64,000 nt of DNA from Hyaloraphidium curvatum SAG 235-1. Taxonomy: Eukaryota; Fungi; Monoblepharomycota. The position numbers were made by a program, and so were the translations under genes. The notes below the pieces were generated by a model, which was given only the letters and a program-made list of their open reading frames with translations, had not been told where the DNA came from and ran no database searches. The stretch is taken from positions 124,001 to 188,000 of the forward strand of contig JAIVFI010000025.1 of NCBI GenBank assembly GCA_025558095.1, read 5' to 3'. Below, piece by piece: positions 11,634 through 23,640 of the stretch; within the stretch, counting starts at the first letter, position 1, and each line of letters opens with the position of its first letter.

Positions 11634-12925
11634 ATGCCGGCCGCGACGCCCTCCGCCGGCCCGCCGATGAACTCGCAGCTCGCACAGCTGCACCGCGAGC
11701 GCGTGGCGCGGCTCGCCAGGGCGGCGCCCGCCGGTCCCGCCGGGGAGTCACCCGCGCCGACGAAGCCCGCGATGAAGCGCCAAATCATCGACCTCACGGG
11801 CGGCTCGGACGACGACGACGACGTGCGCATCATTGCTGTGCGTCCGGCGAAGCTCGCCCGGCGCGCCCCTCCGGCACCCGCCGTGTCCCCCGCCCGCCTC
11901 CTGCGCCCGCCTCTGGCAACGCACCCCTTCCTGGCCCCCCGCAGCACCCTTTTCGCTCCTCCGGGCCCCAAGTCTGCCCTCCGCGTCGCCACCTCCGGGT
12001 TCTCTTTCATGTGGTGGCACCGCTCCTTCTACCCCCGCAAACTCCAGAAAGGAGCCGAGTTCGAGCACTACCTGAAAACCTTCTCATCCGTGGAGATCAA
12101 TTCGACTTCTACACGTTCGTGAAGGAGGGAACGTGGAAATCGTGGCGGGCCAAGGCAGAGGCGGTGCGGTGCAGGGACGGGAGGGAGGTGCGGATCGCCG
12201 TCAAGGTCAACAACTACTTCACGCACAAGAAGAAGATGGTGGGATGCACCGGGCGCGGGCCAGCCATGCAAGCCGTTGAACGACGTTACGCCGCGCAGCA
12301 CGCCGACGCCGACTTCTGCAACGCCTTCGCGGGCTTCTTCTCCGGCGCCGCCCTGCTCGGCCCGCACCTCGGCCCCCTCCTCTTCCAGCTCCCGCACTTC
12401 TTCCACTACTCGCGCACCCGCCTCGAGGACATCTGCCGCGCCGCGACGATGCTGGAGCACATGGGCCTCGGCGGCAGGATGGCCGTCGAGCAGCGGAACC
12501 CGTCGTGGTGGCGCGACGACGTCTACTCGGCCTTTGCCGCGCACGGGATCTGGTGCGTTCCTCCGCTCCCCGCCCGCAGGCACGCGCTCACCGTCCCGTG
12601 CGTGCGCAGCCTGGTGCACATCCACGTCGCCAACGACCCCCTCCGCCCGTGGATGCCCACCTTCCCCGCCGGCCCCGCCTGGCAGCCCCCCTCCCGGCCC
12701 ATCACCTCCACCTCGCTCGTGTACCTCCGCCTGCACGGCCCGCAGGGGAGGTACGTCGGCTCGTACGGCACGGCGTTCCTGAAGGAGACTGCGTTGTGGG
12801 TCAAGGAGAGGGCGGGGGGAAGGGAGGTCTGGGCCGCGTTCAACAACACGGACAGCGGGAGAGGGTGGCCGGATGCGTGCGCGGATGCGAGGCAGCTGGC
12901 GGGGGAGGCGGGTGTGAGGGCGTGA
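11634..12925 (+). pseudogene. DUF72 (YecE-like) protein with an apparent 1-nt frameshift (pseudogene or sequence error)
   Basis: ATSGFSFMWW...FYP...VEINST(FY), LGPLLFQLP, EQRNPSW, YLRLHG, FNN are DUF72 hallmarks. The frame breaks at about 12105-12108. Two introns near 12239 and 12553. Confidence 0.7.
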
Positions 12926-13482
12926 GGATGCGGGATGCGGGATGCGGGGGTCGGGGTTCGGGAGGGAAGGCCGGGATGCCGTGGGGATGGATAAGAGCGG
13001 AGTTGCGGGGAGACTGAAGCGGTTGATCGTCCTTTTTCGCTGATACACGGGTTGCTTCGTTCGAAAGCGATCAGGGTTCCTCACCCTGGTGACGGGTTGC
13101 GGATGCGCAGCGCGGCTCCCGCGTCATTCGTCGTCCAAAAGGGACACTTCGAGATGCGTACAGGCAGCTCTGAACGTGGGCACCTCGCATGCGAAATGCA
13201 AGACGGGCCTCTGGAGCGCGGGCAAGCCCGCGACCGCCCGTTCGACCACGCCTTCCCGTCGTCGGTAGGAATGCGCAAGGTTGTGCACAGTGGGGAACGC
13301 CGGTCCGTGCATCGGGTCGAAAAGCTTATCCCAGTTGCAGAATTGGATTTAAACAATCAGCTCCACATGTATATACACACTTTTGCCCTTCGTGGGTCCA
13401 GACATATTACTTCCTGTTATGCCAATCCGGGCTCGGAGACTCGCTGGAGAGGATCAGGGTGCTCGCCTGTCCCCATCGATCA

Positions 13483-14458
13483 TCACCTCTTTGTAGTCGC
13501 CCTGACTCCTTTCCTGGTGGTTACCCTGATGCCCTTCTTGGTGGTGACCTTGTTCCTCTTGGATGACGTCCTGCGCTTGGTTGTGGCCTTCTTCGCGGCC
13601 GTCGTGTACTTGACCCCCGGAATCGGGTAATCGCGCAGGTCGCTGCGGCGCGCGGGGTGGGAGGCTGCGAGACGGTTCGGGCGGCGGGTTGGCACCCGGA
13701 CGGATCCGCCGACCGGTGGCCACCCACCAAGGTTGTCGGCCAGCGGTCCGCACGCCTCGAACCGGTTCCACCCGCACGAAACGAACGACCGGACGGCCTG
13801 AGGAGGATCCCGACCCAACGTGCCGCGGAAGTTAGCTGCTTCCCTAGGCATGCGGCGCAACGGCAAGCACCTGCCCATCACTCGCCCGGCACAACTCGTC
13901 GGTCGCGCCGAAGAAGGCTTTCTCGGACCAGCCGGCTAGGTTGGGCACCCGCAGGTTGGGGGGGATGGGGTCCAGCCCGCTCATCACGGGGCAGCCGGGA
14001 GGCTGCGCCGGGCCGATGAGGTGTAGGATGAAGCCCCGGCCCGAGGGGAACTGCTGCAGCGCTCGGAACAAGGGTTCGTCGACGGGGAGGCCCAGGAACC
14101 CTCGGTACGAAGGAAGACGGCGGTCCGGAACGTCGACGCACATCTCGGCCATGAAGATGAAGGGCAGGTAGGACAGCCCCGCGTTCCGGCACCCTGCCTG
14201 CGCGGCCGTGTAGTTCCTGAGGGAGCTGGGTGGGCACGGGCCAGATCGGATGCCGGGGAGCGTTCTGTTCGGATCCAGAAAGATGGGAGCCTCGTTCACG
14301 ACGTTATCCAGGTCGGTGGGGCGGCACACGCCGTTCCTGATGCCCCGCCAGAACACGTAGTACATGACGTGCCAAGCATCGGCGGTGTCGCAGAGCAGCA
14401 GGATGACGAATGCCGCGAGGGCGAGCAGCCCGCTGCCGCGGAGTTGTGGGGAACGCAT
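13483..14458 (-). CDS. Secreted hypothetical protein with basic Thr/Lys/Arg-rich C-terminal repeats
   Basis: Signal peptide LLALAAFVILLLCDTADA; one intron near 13800-13890 (boundaries ambiguous); tail KATTKRRTSSKRNKVTTKKGIRVTTRKGVRATTKR. Confidence 0.55.
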
Positions 14459-14971
14459 CGCGCGGGAACGCCCGACCTTGGCTTGATGAGGATCGCCACA
14501 GGAGCCGAGGGAACGTGCTGCCAAGGTGGAGGACCGGAAACGCCGGAAGCGGGAATGCCCTTGCGCGGATTTCTGTCTGGAAACGCACGCCGTGCCTTCA
14601 GCCACCCACCTCCGACGTAAGCGCGTGCACCAGTCCTTCAACCCGAACCAGGTGAGTCCGCCGGTGCAGCAGCTTGAAGCATCTTCCCACGTGGTAGAAA
14701 TGGATTTTTAACATACCCCTCGAGATAAGCATCGCCATGCGCTTTGCCCGGTGACCGGCAGAAGCGGGAAGCATGTTGTCCGGGAGGAGCCCCGCCCCGG
14801 ATCTGTTCCGGAAAGGCGCAATAATTGCGTCAGGTCTGAAATTGCCCTTGGGTCGCATGTTTCCGAGTCGCGTTGGAAGTCTGACTACTTGCTGGCGGGG
14901 GCCGCGGAGGGGCGCTGGACCCGAAATCGCTGCACCTGGGTCTCAAACATTCCCTGGATCCCCCGGCGAAG

Positions 14972-17900
14972 ATGTGGCTACCCGCGCTTCGGGGGCTTGC
15001 ATTCTTGCTCCTCGCGTGCCTTTTGGCCACCGGCGCGTCGGCGGAAGGCCCACCGCTGGACCCCGCGCAGCTGCGCGCAAAAGAGGACAGCGAGCTCGCG
15101 CGCCTGTGGCGCGAGGTAGCGAAACCCGGCCCCCCGGCACCGCCGAGCGGCGATGGCGCGGTGGCTGATGCGGCCGCGAGCATTCTCGGCGCGGCGGCGC
15201 GTTCGCGGCCCGCCAAAGCGCTCCTGCGCGTGGCGCTAGAAGCCTCGGCCAAGGCCGTCTCCGGCGTCGCGGTCGGGCAGCTGAAGGTTGTCGGCGTCGT
15301 GCTGGAGCAGCTCGTGAATCTGGGGCAGTTCCGGCTGATGGGCCCGGGCGCCGTCGTGTCGGCCGACTGGGCGATAAAGGGCATGGCGTTCGTGGAAAAG
15401 ACAGCGGATCCGTATGGGCTTTACGGCTTGCGGCGCAAGATTGGAGATAAGCTGAAGAAGCTCTCCCCCAAGGCGTTGGGAACCGTGTACGGGGCGTTAG
15501 GGGAGGCCGCTGGAGCCGTCGAGGGAGAAATGAAACGCCACACCAAGGGCGCCCGCGGTGAAAACCTTTGGGGGAAGGGCTTGGAGATGGCGGCGCGGGA
15601 CGCATTCCTGGTCGCGCTGAGCACGGGGCTCAAGGAGGAATATCGCGTGCTCCGCAAGGCGATCAAGAAGGTGCTCGGAGACCTCGAACGGCGCATCCGC
15701 GAGCTGGCGGACGGCATGGTCGGGAAGACCCCCCGCGACGCAGATGCCGGCAAAGGCAAAGGGACTCGGAGGCGCCTGCGACCCCGCAAGGCGTCCAAAT
15801 GGGGCTCGCTCGCGGCCCTGGCAGGCGGGCTCGCATCGGGGAAAGGTTCCGGGCTCGCCGCCTTGGCCGGCGGGCTCGTATCGGGCCAGAGTTCGGGGTC
15901 GGGGCTCGCGAAGATCGCCCTGGATGCTGCAAAGAAGGCTGCCGGGGTCCCCTCGGCCGGCGACCAGGGCCAGGGCTCGGGCCCGGCGGATGCCGCACCT
16001 GAAAAGCCGGACGATCCCATCTCGGCTGCGGTGGAGCAGATCGAGGACACAGAGGCATTCAAAGCTGCCGTTGCCACTGCCAAGAAGGTCGCCGACACCG
16101 CCGCAAAGACGCTCGGCTCCGCATTCGACGCCGCCGTGGGCGCGGTCCAGAAAGCGATCGTCGCGGCGGCCACGGGCCTGGCCAAAGAAGGCAACGAGCT
16201 GGCATCCTCGGCCATGGCCCTGTTCCCGGCCCTCGCGAACCGGACCGAGGAAGCCTTCGCGCTTCTCTTTGACCGCTCCCGCGGGGAAATGACGGCTGCG
16301 ATCGCCGCCTCGTTCGACGCCATGGCCAACGCGTGCACCGCCGCGCTGGAGAAGGCCGTCGGCGTCTTCGTGAACGGATTCGAGAAGTTCATCAACGATC
16401 CCGTCACTGTCACCCAAAAGGCGAGCATCGTCCGCATGGACCTCGACGACGCCGTCGCCCCCCTCCGCGCGCGGATCCGCGGCCGCGGCGCAGTGCTGGC
16501 CATCTCCTTCGCGGCGAACCTGAACGACACCCGCGACGTGATGTTGGGCCTCGTCGGGGCCGGGTTCTCGGTGCTGGGCGACGTCGTCGACACGCTGCGG
16601 TACCGCGCGGAGATCGCGCTGGCCGAGGCCGAGGCGGCAACTCTGCAGAAAGCTGCTGGGCTCGCGGCAAAGACCAAGGCGGAAGTGGCGATCGCGTTCG
16701 GATTCACGCCCGCGGATGCCAAGACCGAGAGCGAGGAGGAAGAGTCGGACGGGCCCAAAGAGGGAGGCGGCGCGGGGGCGCTGCCCGCACCGAGTGCTCC
16801 CGCACGCGACTGCGAAAAGGAACCCGCAGCCACCAAAGCCGAGTGCGAGCGGCAGGAGCTGGATCGGTTGAGAGGTGGGCGCGGCAGGCACCCCGATCTG
16901 CCCCCATGCCGACGTCCCCGGCATCCGCAGGCAAGATCGACGCTCAGGCCGACAAGGACCTCGTCGCTCGCATCGAAAACGCGGAGGCCAAGGCGGCAAA
17001 GATGGCCATGGCCGTCGGCGCGTTCTTTGCAAAGACGAACCTCGGGGGAAGCGCGATCAAGGCGCTCAAGGCGAGCGCCGGGCTCTTCGGGAAGGGCATG
17101 AAGGTCGCCTCAAAGACAGGCATCAGGTGAGTTGCCTCAGCCGGATGGATGTGCGGGCGGAGCGCTTCACCGCCCTTCGTGCCGTCCCGCAGGGGCCTCG
17201 AGATGCTCATCAAGCTGGAATCCAAGGTGACGGGATTCACGCTCAAAATCGCGGCGAAGACCGTCGTCAGCCAGGTCGGTAAAGCCGTCGATATCGCGTT
17301 CGAAGTGGTCAAGGACGACAACGACGTGCGTGGAGGCGCGCCGCCGGCCGGGCTCGGTTTCCGCTGACCCGCCTTCTAGTTCACGTTCTGGCTCCTGAAG
17401 AACTTGGTGCCCGGCTTTGATGCCGCGCAACAGAGTGTCAAGAACATCGTGGTTGCGACCGTCAGAGGACTCATGCCCCATGTCGAGAGCGAGATCGCCT
17501 TGCTGCTCTCGCGTTTCAACGCGGCCTTCCTGGACATCGTGCACAGGCTGGACGGTGCGATGGACAAGATCCTGGACATCTTCGGGCAGCTGGCAGGGGC
17601 GTTTGGGAAGGATGTTGCGGCTGCGGGATCGCGGATCACGAATGACGTGCTTGACAGGGCCAACGCGACGGCCGAGAGGAAGGCACCTGAGCGGTATCGC
17701 CTTACGCCGCCCTCTGTGGCAGGAGACGGGGATGTCGGGGATTCGGATGCCGACAACGAGGAGGAGAAGGAGGATGACGATGAGGAGGACGACGAGGACG
17801 AGGAGGACGGCGACGGAGACGAGGACCGCCGGCTTTCCCGCCGCAAGAGCCGATCCAGCCTCGATTTGTTCAAGACCTTGGCGTCCAAGGCGGCCCAATC

Positions 17901-18753
17901 CGCCAAGGAGGGCCAATCCGCCAAGCTCCCCGCCCGGCCGGCCATTGCGGCCGGGTCCGGCGGGGCGGCGCCCCCGAAGCGCCCGAACAAGCTCAATACC
18001 CTGGCCGACGATCTGGGCCGCAAGGCGCGCGCGCTGGCTGCTGACGCCGCGCGGAGCGCCGGGGACAGCAAGATCAACCGCATGGTACGCAGCAAGGCGC
18101 GGCGGATCCTTGCGGCTATCGAGGCGCGGCTGCAGCCCATGCTGGACCGGCTGGTGCCCGCGCTGCAGAAGAACGTGCTCAGCATGGCGGATCGGCTGGC
18201 AAAGGAGGGCGACCAAGTGGCCGAAGAACTGATGCCGCACATTCGCGTGGCGGTGGCCGATACGAAGGACGTCATCGAGGCGTACTTTCTGGAGGCAAAG
18301 GGGCGGCTCGTGAAGGAGGTGGAAGCGACTTTCGACGAGCTGATCCCGTGGGCCAAGGTGACCATGCGCAAGGCTATCGCGATCCTCATCGACGCGGCCA
18401 AGAACGAGATCCCCGGTCCTTTCGACTTTGCCGTCGACGCAATCATAGACGGGGTCAAGCCAGTCATTGAACTCGGCATGGCCAAGGTCGAGAGCAAGAT
18501 CGACCAGCAGGGCCAGAAGCTCAGGGAGACGGTCGCCCTCAAGGTGAAAAGTGTCTCGGCGATGGTGCAGGGTTCCCTCGACAAGGTGGAGACGACGTTG
18601 GAGGTGAAGATTGTGCAGCTGCAGAAGGCGGCGCACGAAAAGATCGTGCACGCCGAAAAGCAAATGGTGGGAAAGATGGACAAGGCCGGCACGCGGCTTC
18701 GGTGCAAGGTCGCCAAGGACAGCGGCCGCAAGCTGCCGGCAGATTGTGAGTGA
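14972..18753 (+). CDS. Large secreted amphipathic-helix protein of unknown function
   Basis: Signal peptide MWLPALRGLAFLLLACLLATGASA; Ala/Lys/Leu-rich helical ORFs 14972-17101 and 17404-18753 joined by introns near 16874, 17127 and 17326. Confidence 0.7.
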
Positions 18754-18976
18754 CGGGGTTACCGGGAGGTGCAGAGGCAGAACGGACGTAGATGGAGCTG
18801 GCCGGGATTGGATTGAGCAAATGCAGACTTGGGTGGACGTAGGGACGGTGGGAGCGGGATGGAACCCAACGCCATTGGCCTCGCTTGACTTGCGGTGGAG
18901 CACCGCCGAGAGCACCACTAACTAGAATCATGTGGCCCTCCCTGCTAACATCCAACTCCCGGCCGAATCTGTCCTC

Positions 18977-19342
18977 CTACTGATACACAAGAAGGAACGA
19001 CTTGCGGAAACCGTCCTTGGCCACGTTCCATCTCGTGCGCGTTCCCGCCGGGATCGTCCACCCATCCCCCGGCCCGAGCGTCACCTTCTTTCCCGTGTCC
19101 AGGTCGGTGAGCTCCAGCTCTCCCTCCAGCACGAACGCGTGTTCAGTGAAGATCCAGTGCACGTCAAAGGCCCCGGCGCGCTGGCGGTACTCGCCCGCCA
19201 TGATCTTGCCGTCCCGTTCCGTGTGGCGGACGAGGACTTCGGGGTGCGCGTCGCCGGAGAAGTTGGTGCCGCCGTTTGCGGGGGCGTCAAAGGGGGTCCA
19301 GCCCGAGGGGCTGGCGGGGTCGGATTTCAGGCACGCGAACAT
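18977..19342 (-). CDS. Cupin_3 (DUF861/EutQ-like) protein
   Basis: GEYRQRAGAFDVHWIFTEHAFVLEGELELTD...LGPGDGWTIPAG. Confidence 0.8.
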   Translation of the reverse strand: MFACLKSDPASPSGWTPFDAPANGGTNFSGDAHPEVLVRHTERDGKIMAGEYRQRAGAFDVHWIFTEHAFVLEGELELTDLDTGKKVTLGPGDGWTIPAGTRTRWNVAKDGFRKSFLLVYQ

Positions 19343-19993
19343 TGGTCTGGTGAAGGGTGGTCAGTTCGCCTGCTCGCTCCGGATCACGGACGCGTTCGGC
19401 CGGGAAGGTGTGGTTCGAATTTGTCTCCCAGCGTTGGGGGAGACAGCTCCCGACTCGTTGCCCCGAAAGGGGCGCCCGGCTTTCTCTCCCTTCAGACAGC
19501 TCAATCCTGAAGCAACAGGCAACACTAGCAACATTTGAACCCAAAAGCATCACGAAGTGCTCGCATGGTCGTGGTCGGTGTGCGCTTTTTGGAGACGCGC
19601 CATGGTCTGGTCTGGTCTGGTCTATCCACCGGCGTCGTACTACATGAGTAACTCGATGCCAGCAGGTAATCGCGCCAAAGCGCATGTGTCCGGCGCCCAT
19701 GCTTTTCCGTCAATTCCTTCCGTCAAATCCACGAATGGGCAGAAGATGGATCACAATCGCACTGTACCGGCGCCCGGCCCATCCGGAACGGAAAGCTTTG
19801 GTTATCAATATCAATTGCAGAATGTCTCGCATGGGAAATGTGCATTGATGAAAAGCTAGCTTCTGCTCGTGCCGTTCTGACGATCTGACTCATTGGCAAG
19901 CCTATTGGTCCCACTCGACAAGGCCATCGATCACCGGACGCCGGACGCCGCTAAATCATTCCAGCAACACTTTCGCAATGGCAAGACTCCGCC

Positions 19994-20367
19994 ATGTCCA
20001 AGCTCGCCGTCGTCGTCGCTTTCGTGCTCGCGCTGCTCGGTACGCGCCCCGTTCCCGCGGGCGCGCGCACTGCCTTCCGCGCTTACCTCTCTCACCCCTC
20101 GCCCTCCCCCTCATTTTCCTCCGCGCAGCCCTCGTCTTCAGCGCCGCCGCCGTCCCCCCCGGCGCCCTCGAGGATACCAACTGGTCCAAGTTCTGCGACT
20201 TCTTCGTCACCGAGGGCTGCTACAACGGCAACAAGGGCAGCTGCGTCTCGACGGTCTGCAGCAACGACATCAAGAACTGCAACCAGTTCTGCAAGGTCAT
20301 CGAGGGGCTGGGGCTGTACACGTGCCAGCAGGGCGGCTGCGTGTCGCTGTGCAACCAGGTCGTCTGA
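19994..20367 (+). CDS. Small secreted cysteine-rich protein
   Basis: MSKLAVVVAFVLALL|ALVFSAAA signal across one intron (about 20040-20128); mature region of about 70 aa with 9 Cys. Confidence 0.8.
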
Positions 20368-21046
20368 GGGGTGGGCGTCGCCGCTTTGCGGGATGATCGG
20401 GACGGGGGCTGATCGTACGCGCGCGCAGCCGTCGCTGCGCAGGGCGTCGCTCCTGCGGTCAAGGGGCTCTCGATCTGCGGGGTCGGATGCCGCGGCAGGG
20501 GGGAGCAAGATGCCTGGGATCGGACGCCTTCGGGCACCGTGAGCGTGGTGCACATTGTAGTCGAGCAGTAGCGTAGTTAGCAGCTCTTGTTTCTATCGCT
20601 TGGGGTACATGCTTTGAAGATCCACGGATGGCCGTCGGTTCCTCTTGTGCCCAGTCGCGAGGCGTCGGTATCCCAATCACTCCAGCACCCCCGACCATCT
20701 GTCACCCACCTCGGGCCAGCGCATTGCAGCTATCGTCCACTTCCCGAACCAGTCTCCGGTGCGCTCAGGCGTTGGGACGCGCGATCACCGCGCGGAGGCT
20801 GGCACCCTCAGTTCGGGCGCAGCCCGACCGCTCAGCCCCGGCGCCGGCGCCATGCCGGAGACTTATACGCGCAGCCGGGCGCGCATGCCGGCACAGACGC
20901 CAATCGACTCTCTTCTTGCTCGTGGCCCCATCGGTCTTCGAGCCCCATTTGCAAAGCCCACGCTGCTCCCCGCACGAGCTCCCATCCCGTCCGCGCCACC
21001 GCTCCCATCCGCCCTCATTCCCCGCCGACGAAGCCCCGGGAACGCA

Positions 21047-21486
21047 ATGGGCAACACCGAATCGCAGGTGCCTTTGCCCCTCCACTTCCCTTTCGGGCCC
21101 GGCTGATCCCCCACACCACCCGATCGCAGGTCGATGACGACGCCGTGTGCTTCGGCCCCGACCCCCGCCCCTCCCCCTCCTCCTGCACCTGCCCCGACCT
21201 CGGCCCCTGCGGCCGCCCCGCATGCAACAAGTTCGTCTACCTCTCCCGCGGCCGCGTGGTCGAGCGCGGGTACTGCGCCGGCGCGTGCCACTACGTCCCC
21301 CCGCGCGGCGGCCGGCCGTGCGGGTGCGCGCCGCGGAGTGGGAGCGCGCCGTTCTGCGAGAGGCATCTGAGGAGGATGGCGTGGGAGACGGGGAGGAGGT
21401 TGTGGGTGCCCATGCGCGGCGTTCAGTGCGAAGCTGACCGAAGCGCTTGCTTTCGCAGCCGGGAGGTGACCTTTGTCGAAGACTGA
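21047..21486 (+). CDS. Small Cys/His-rich protein with N-myristoylation motif
   Basis: MGNTESQ start; two probable introns (after ESQ and near 21402); C-x9-C-x11-C-x2-H motif. Confidence 0.6.
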
Positions 21487-22580
21487 GCGGGATCGTCGCG
21501 GAGCCGCATTCATCGTGGCACCCGCTGTATTGGAAGTTGATCGCCGTGTACTTAGGGTCTGTACAGGATCTCTGTCTTCATCCGAGTGCGAGCTCCGGCC
21601 TGTCAGTCGGCGCCGGGGCCGTCCGCGCGCCGCCACCATCCCAGCCTCGCTAGTCCGGTTCTGCACATCGGAACGCGCCCGAACTTGGGGAATGTGGCAA
21701 GCGGTAGTGGCCCCGCGGATCGGCCAGCCGACGCGCTCTCTGCGTTGATTGGTGAGATGGACCCTTCTCGGCCGACGGCGGCAACGGCCTCAACCCCGCC
21801 GCAGTTCCCCGACAACGCCAGACCTGCATACCCCCCCGTCTCCCCCCCATCCGATCCCGATCCTACCCCCGCGGGCGGCCGCCCCCGCGCGGATGCGCGG
21901 GTTGGCAGCCCGTCACGGGCCGGGACCCCGGATGCGTCAACGGATGCGTCACCTCCCCCCCGGACCCTGGCCGGACGTGGCCGGCGGCCGCACCGGGTCG
22001 CGTTCGAGGCCGCCTATTATCGGACGAGTGGTGGTGTTTTCGGTTTTCGGGCGCGTCCGATCGGGTCCGCGGCGGGGCGGAACCCTGGGCGGGCTGCGGC
22101 GGCGAGGGACCGTTCGTGTCACATGCGGGTCCGGCCACCGGGCGCCGGGGAGGGATGCATGGAATGGCGGCGATATAGCCCCGGTCGCGTCGGAGAGGTG
22201 CATAAAGTTCGATGCGGGACGGCTGGGGAATTCTGTTAGGGTATAACGGGCCGGGGATCATGTCAGTAAGGTCGGCCGCGTCAGCGATGAGATCGATCTG
22301 GGATGCCGCCGGGCCGGCCGGGAAGAGTTGGGACGCCGCGGACGGACGGCGGCGGAAACGGCCGCATGTAAGCTGGAAAGGGAGGCGGTATGTTTACCGC
22401 CCATCGTTGCCCGGCCGCAGGGCGCACCGGGGACGGGGGGATTGCCGCCGCCAAATGACGATCCGGGTCCGGACTCCGTGGCGCAACCCATTGAGCCAAA
22501 ACTCCCCCGCTCCTGACGCAACAACCTCAAACACACAACCGCAAGTAGCTCATTTTAGAGGACAGTTCGGCGCTCCCGGC

Positions 22581-23363
22581 ATGCAGGAACCGCTGCCGGT
22601 GTACCGCCGGGCGTCGGACCCCGTCCGCGTCGGCGGGCGGACCAAAGACGCTTCGTTCGTGCGGGCGCTGCTCCCTCGCCCCCTCCCGCCGGCCAAGGCC
22701 CCGCCGGCCGCCCGCGCCCCCTCGTTCGCTTCATTTGCTTCGGACGTGACGTGCGCGCCGCCCGGCGACGCGGAGCCGTCGGCCGCCGAGGGCCGCGCGA
22801 TGCGGCGGACGCTCTCGCACATCTGGACCGAAACCCCTGACTCGCAGAGCTTCTCGTACGACGTGCCCGACGACGTCTCGGACGCCGAGACGTACGACTC
22901 GGATGACACCCTCGAGGACCGGACTCCCCCGCCGCCGCGGGGCCCGCGGCACCACTCCCGCGCCTCGCCGACCACCGGGCGGCACGTGCTCCTCCCGGGG
23001 GCGTTCCTCTCGCTGCCGGACCACTGGGGATCCCGCGGGCCGCTCGGCGCCGCCCTGGATCTGCCGCGCCCGCCCTTTTCCGCCGCCCCGCCGCCCGCCG
23101 CACCACCTCGGCGGAAAAAGACCGTGGCCTTCAGCGAATCCGCGCTCGTGAGGGAGACCTACTCGGCGGACGAGTACGAGCGGGGGTACCCGCGCGAGGA
23201 GGTGCTCCGCATGTGGGAGGAGGGGATGGCGGCGCTGGCCGCCGACGGGAGGCCGAGGAACGGCGAGGGGGGGGGGTGGGGGGAGGGACCTGTGGGGACG
23301 GACGTGCCCAGTTTGTGGGGTTACTGGGAGTCGGGGCTGCAGTGGTTCAGGAGGAAGCAGTGA
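22581..23363 (+). CDS. Putative PP1 (Glc7) regulatory subunit, Bni4/neurabin-like motif
   Basis: Disordered Pro/Ser-rich protein carrying RKKTVAFSESALVRETYSADEYER (RVxF plus a TYSxxEYxR extension). Confidence 0.6.
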   Translation: MQEPLPVYRRASDPVRVGGRTKDASFVRALLPRPLPPAKAPPAARAPSFASFASDVTCAPPGDAEPSAAEGRAMRRTLSHIWTETPDSQSFSYDVPDDVSDAETYDSDDTLEDRTPPPPRGPRHHSRASPTTGRHVLLPGAFLSLPDHWGSRGPLGAALDLPRPPFSAAPPPAAPPRRKKTVAFSESALVRETYSADEYERGYPREEVLRMWEEGMAALAADGRPRNGEGGGWGEGPVGTDVPSLWGYWESGLQWFRRKQ

Positions 23364-23640
23364 CATGGATGGGTTGGGGTGGATTCGCAAAGGAGGGAGG
23401 GCATTGGGGAGGACGATGAGTTTCGCGCACGGTTGGGGCGGGATCTGTAGATCTCCTGGGATACCTCGGAATAGGAGGCACGGGGCGGTAGAAGCACCGG
23501 GCCAATAAGGTTTCGTCCGCGATGCGCCAAATTCTCGAGCGATCTCACACTCCGTCAGACGGGATCGCCGCATCACCTGTTCCTCTCTGCGCCCTGCGCG
23601 GTCCCATGCCGCCCCAGGCCACCCGATCTTCCCTCCATCC

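Noticed and set aside
12095-12122. Programmed -1 frameshift in DUF72
   Set aside because: No slippery heptamer; a deletion or sequence error is more likely.
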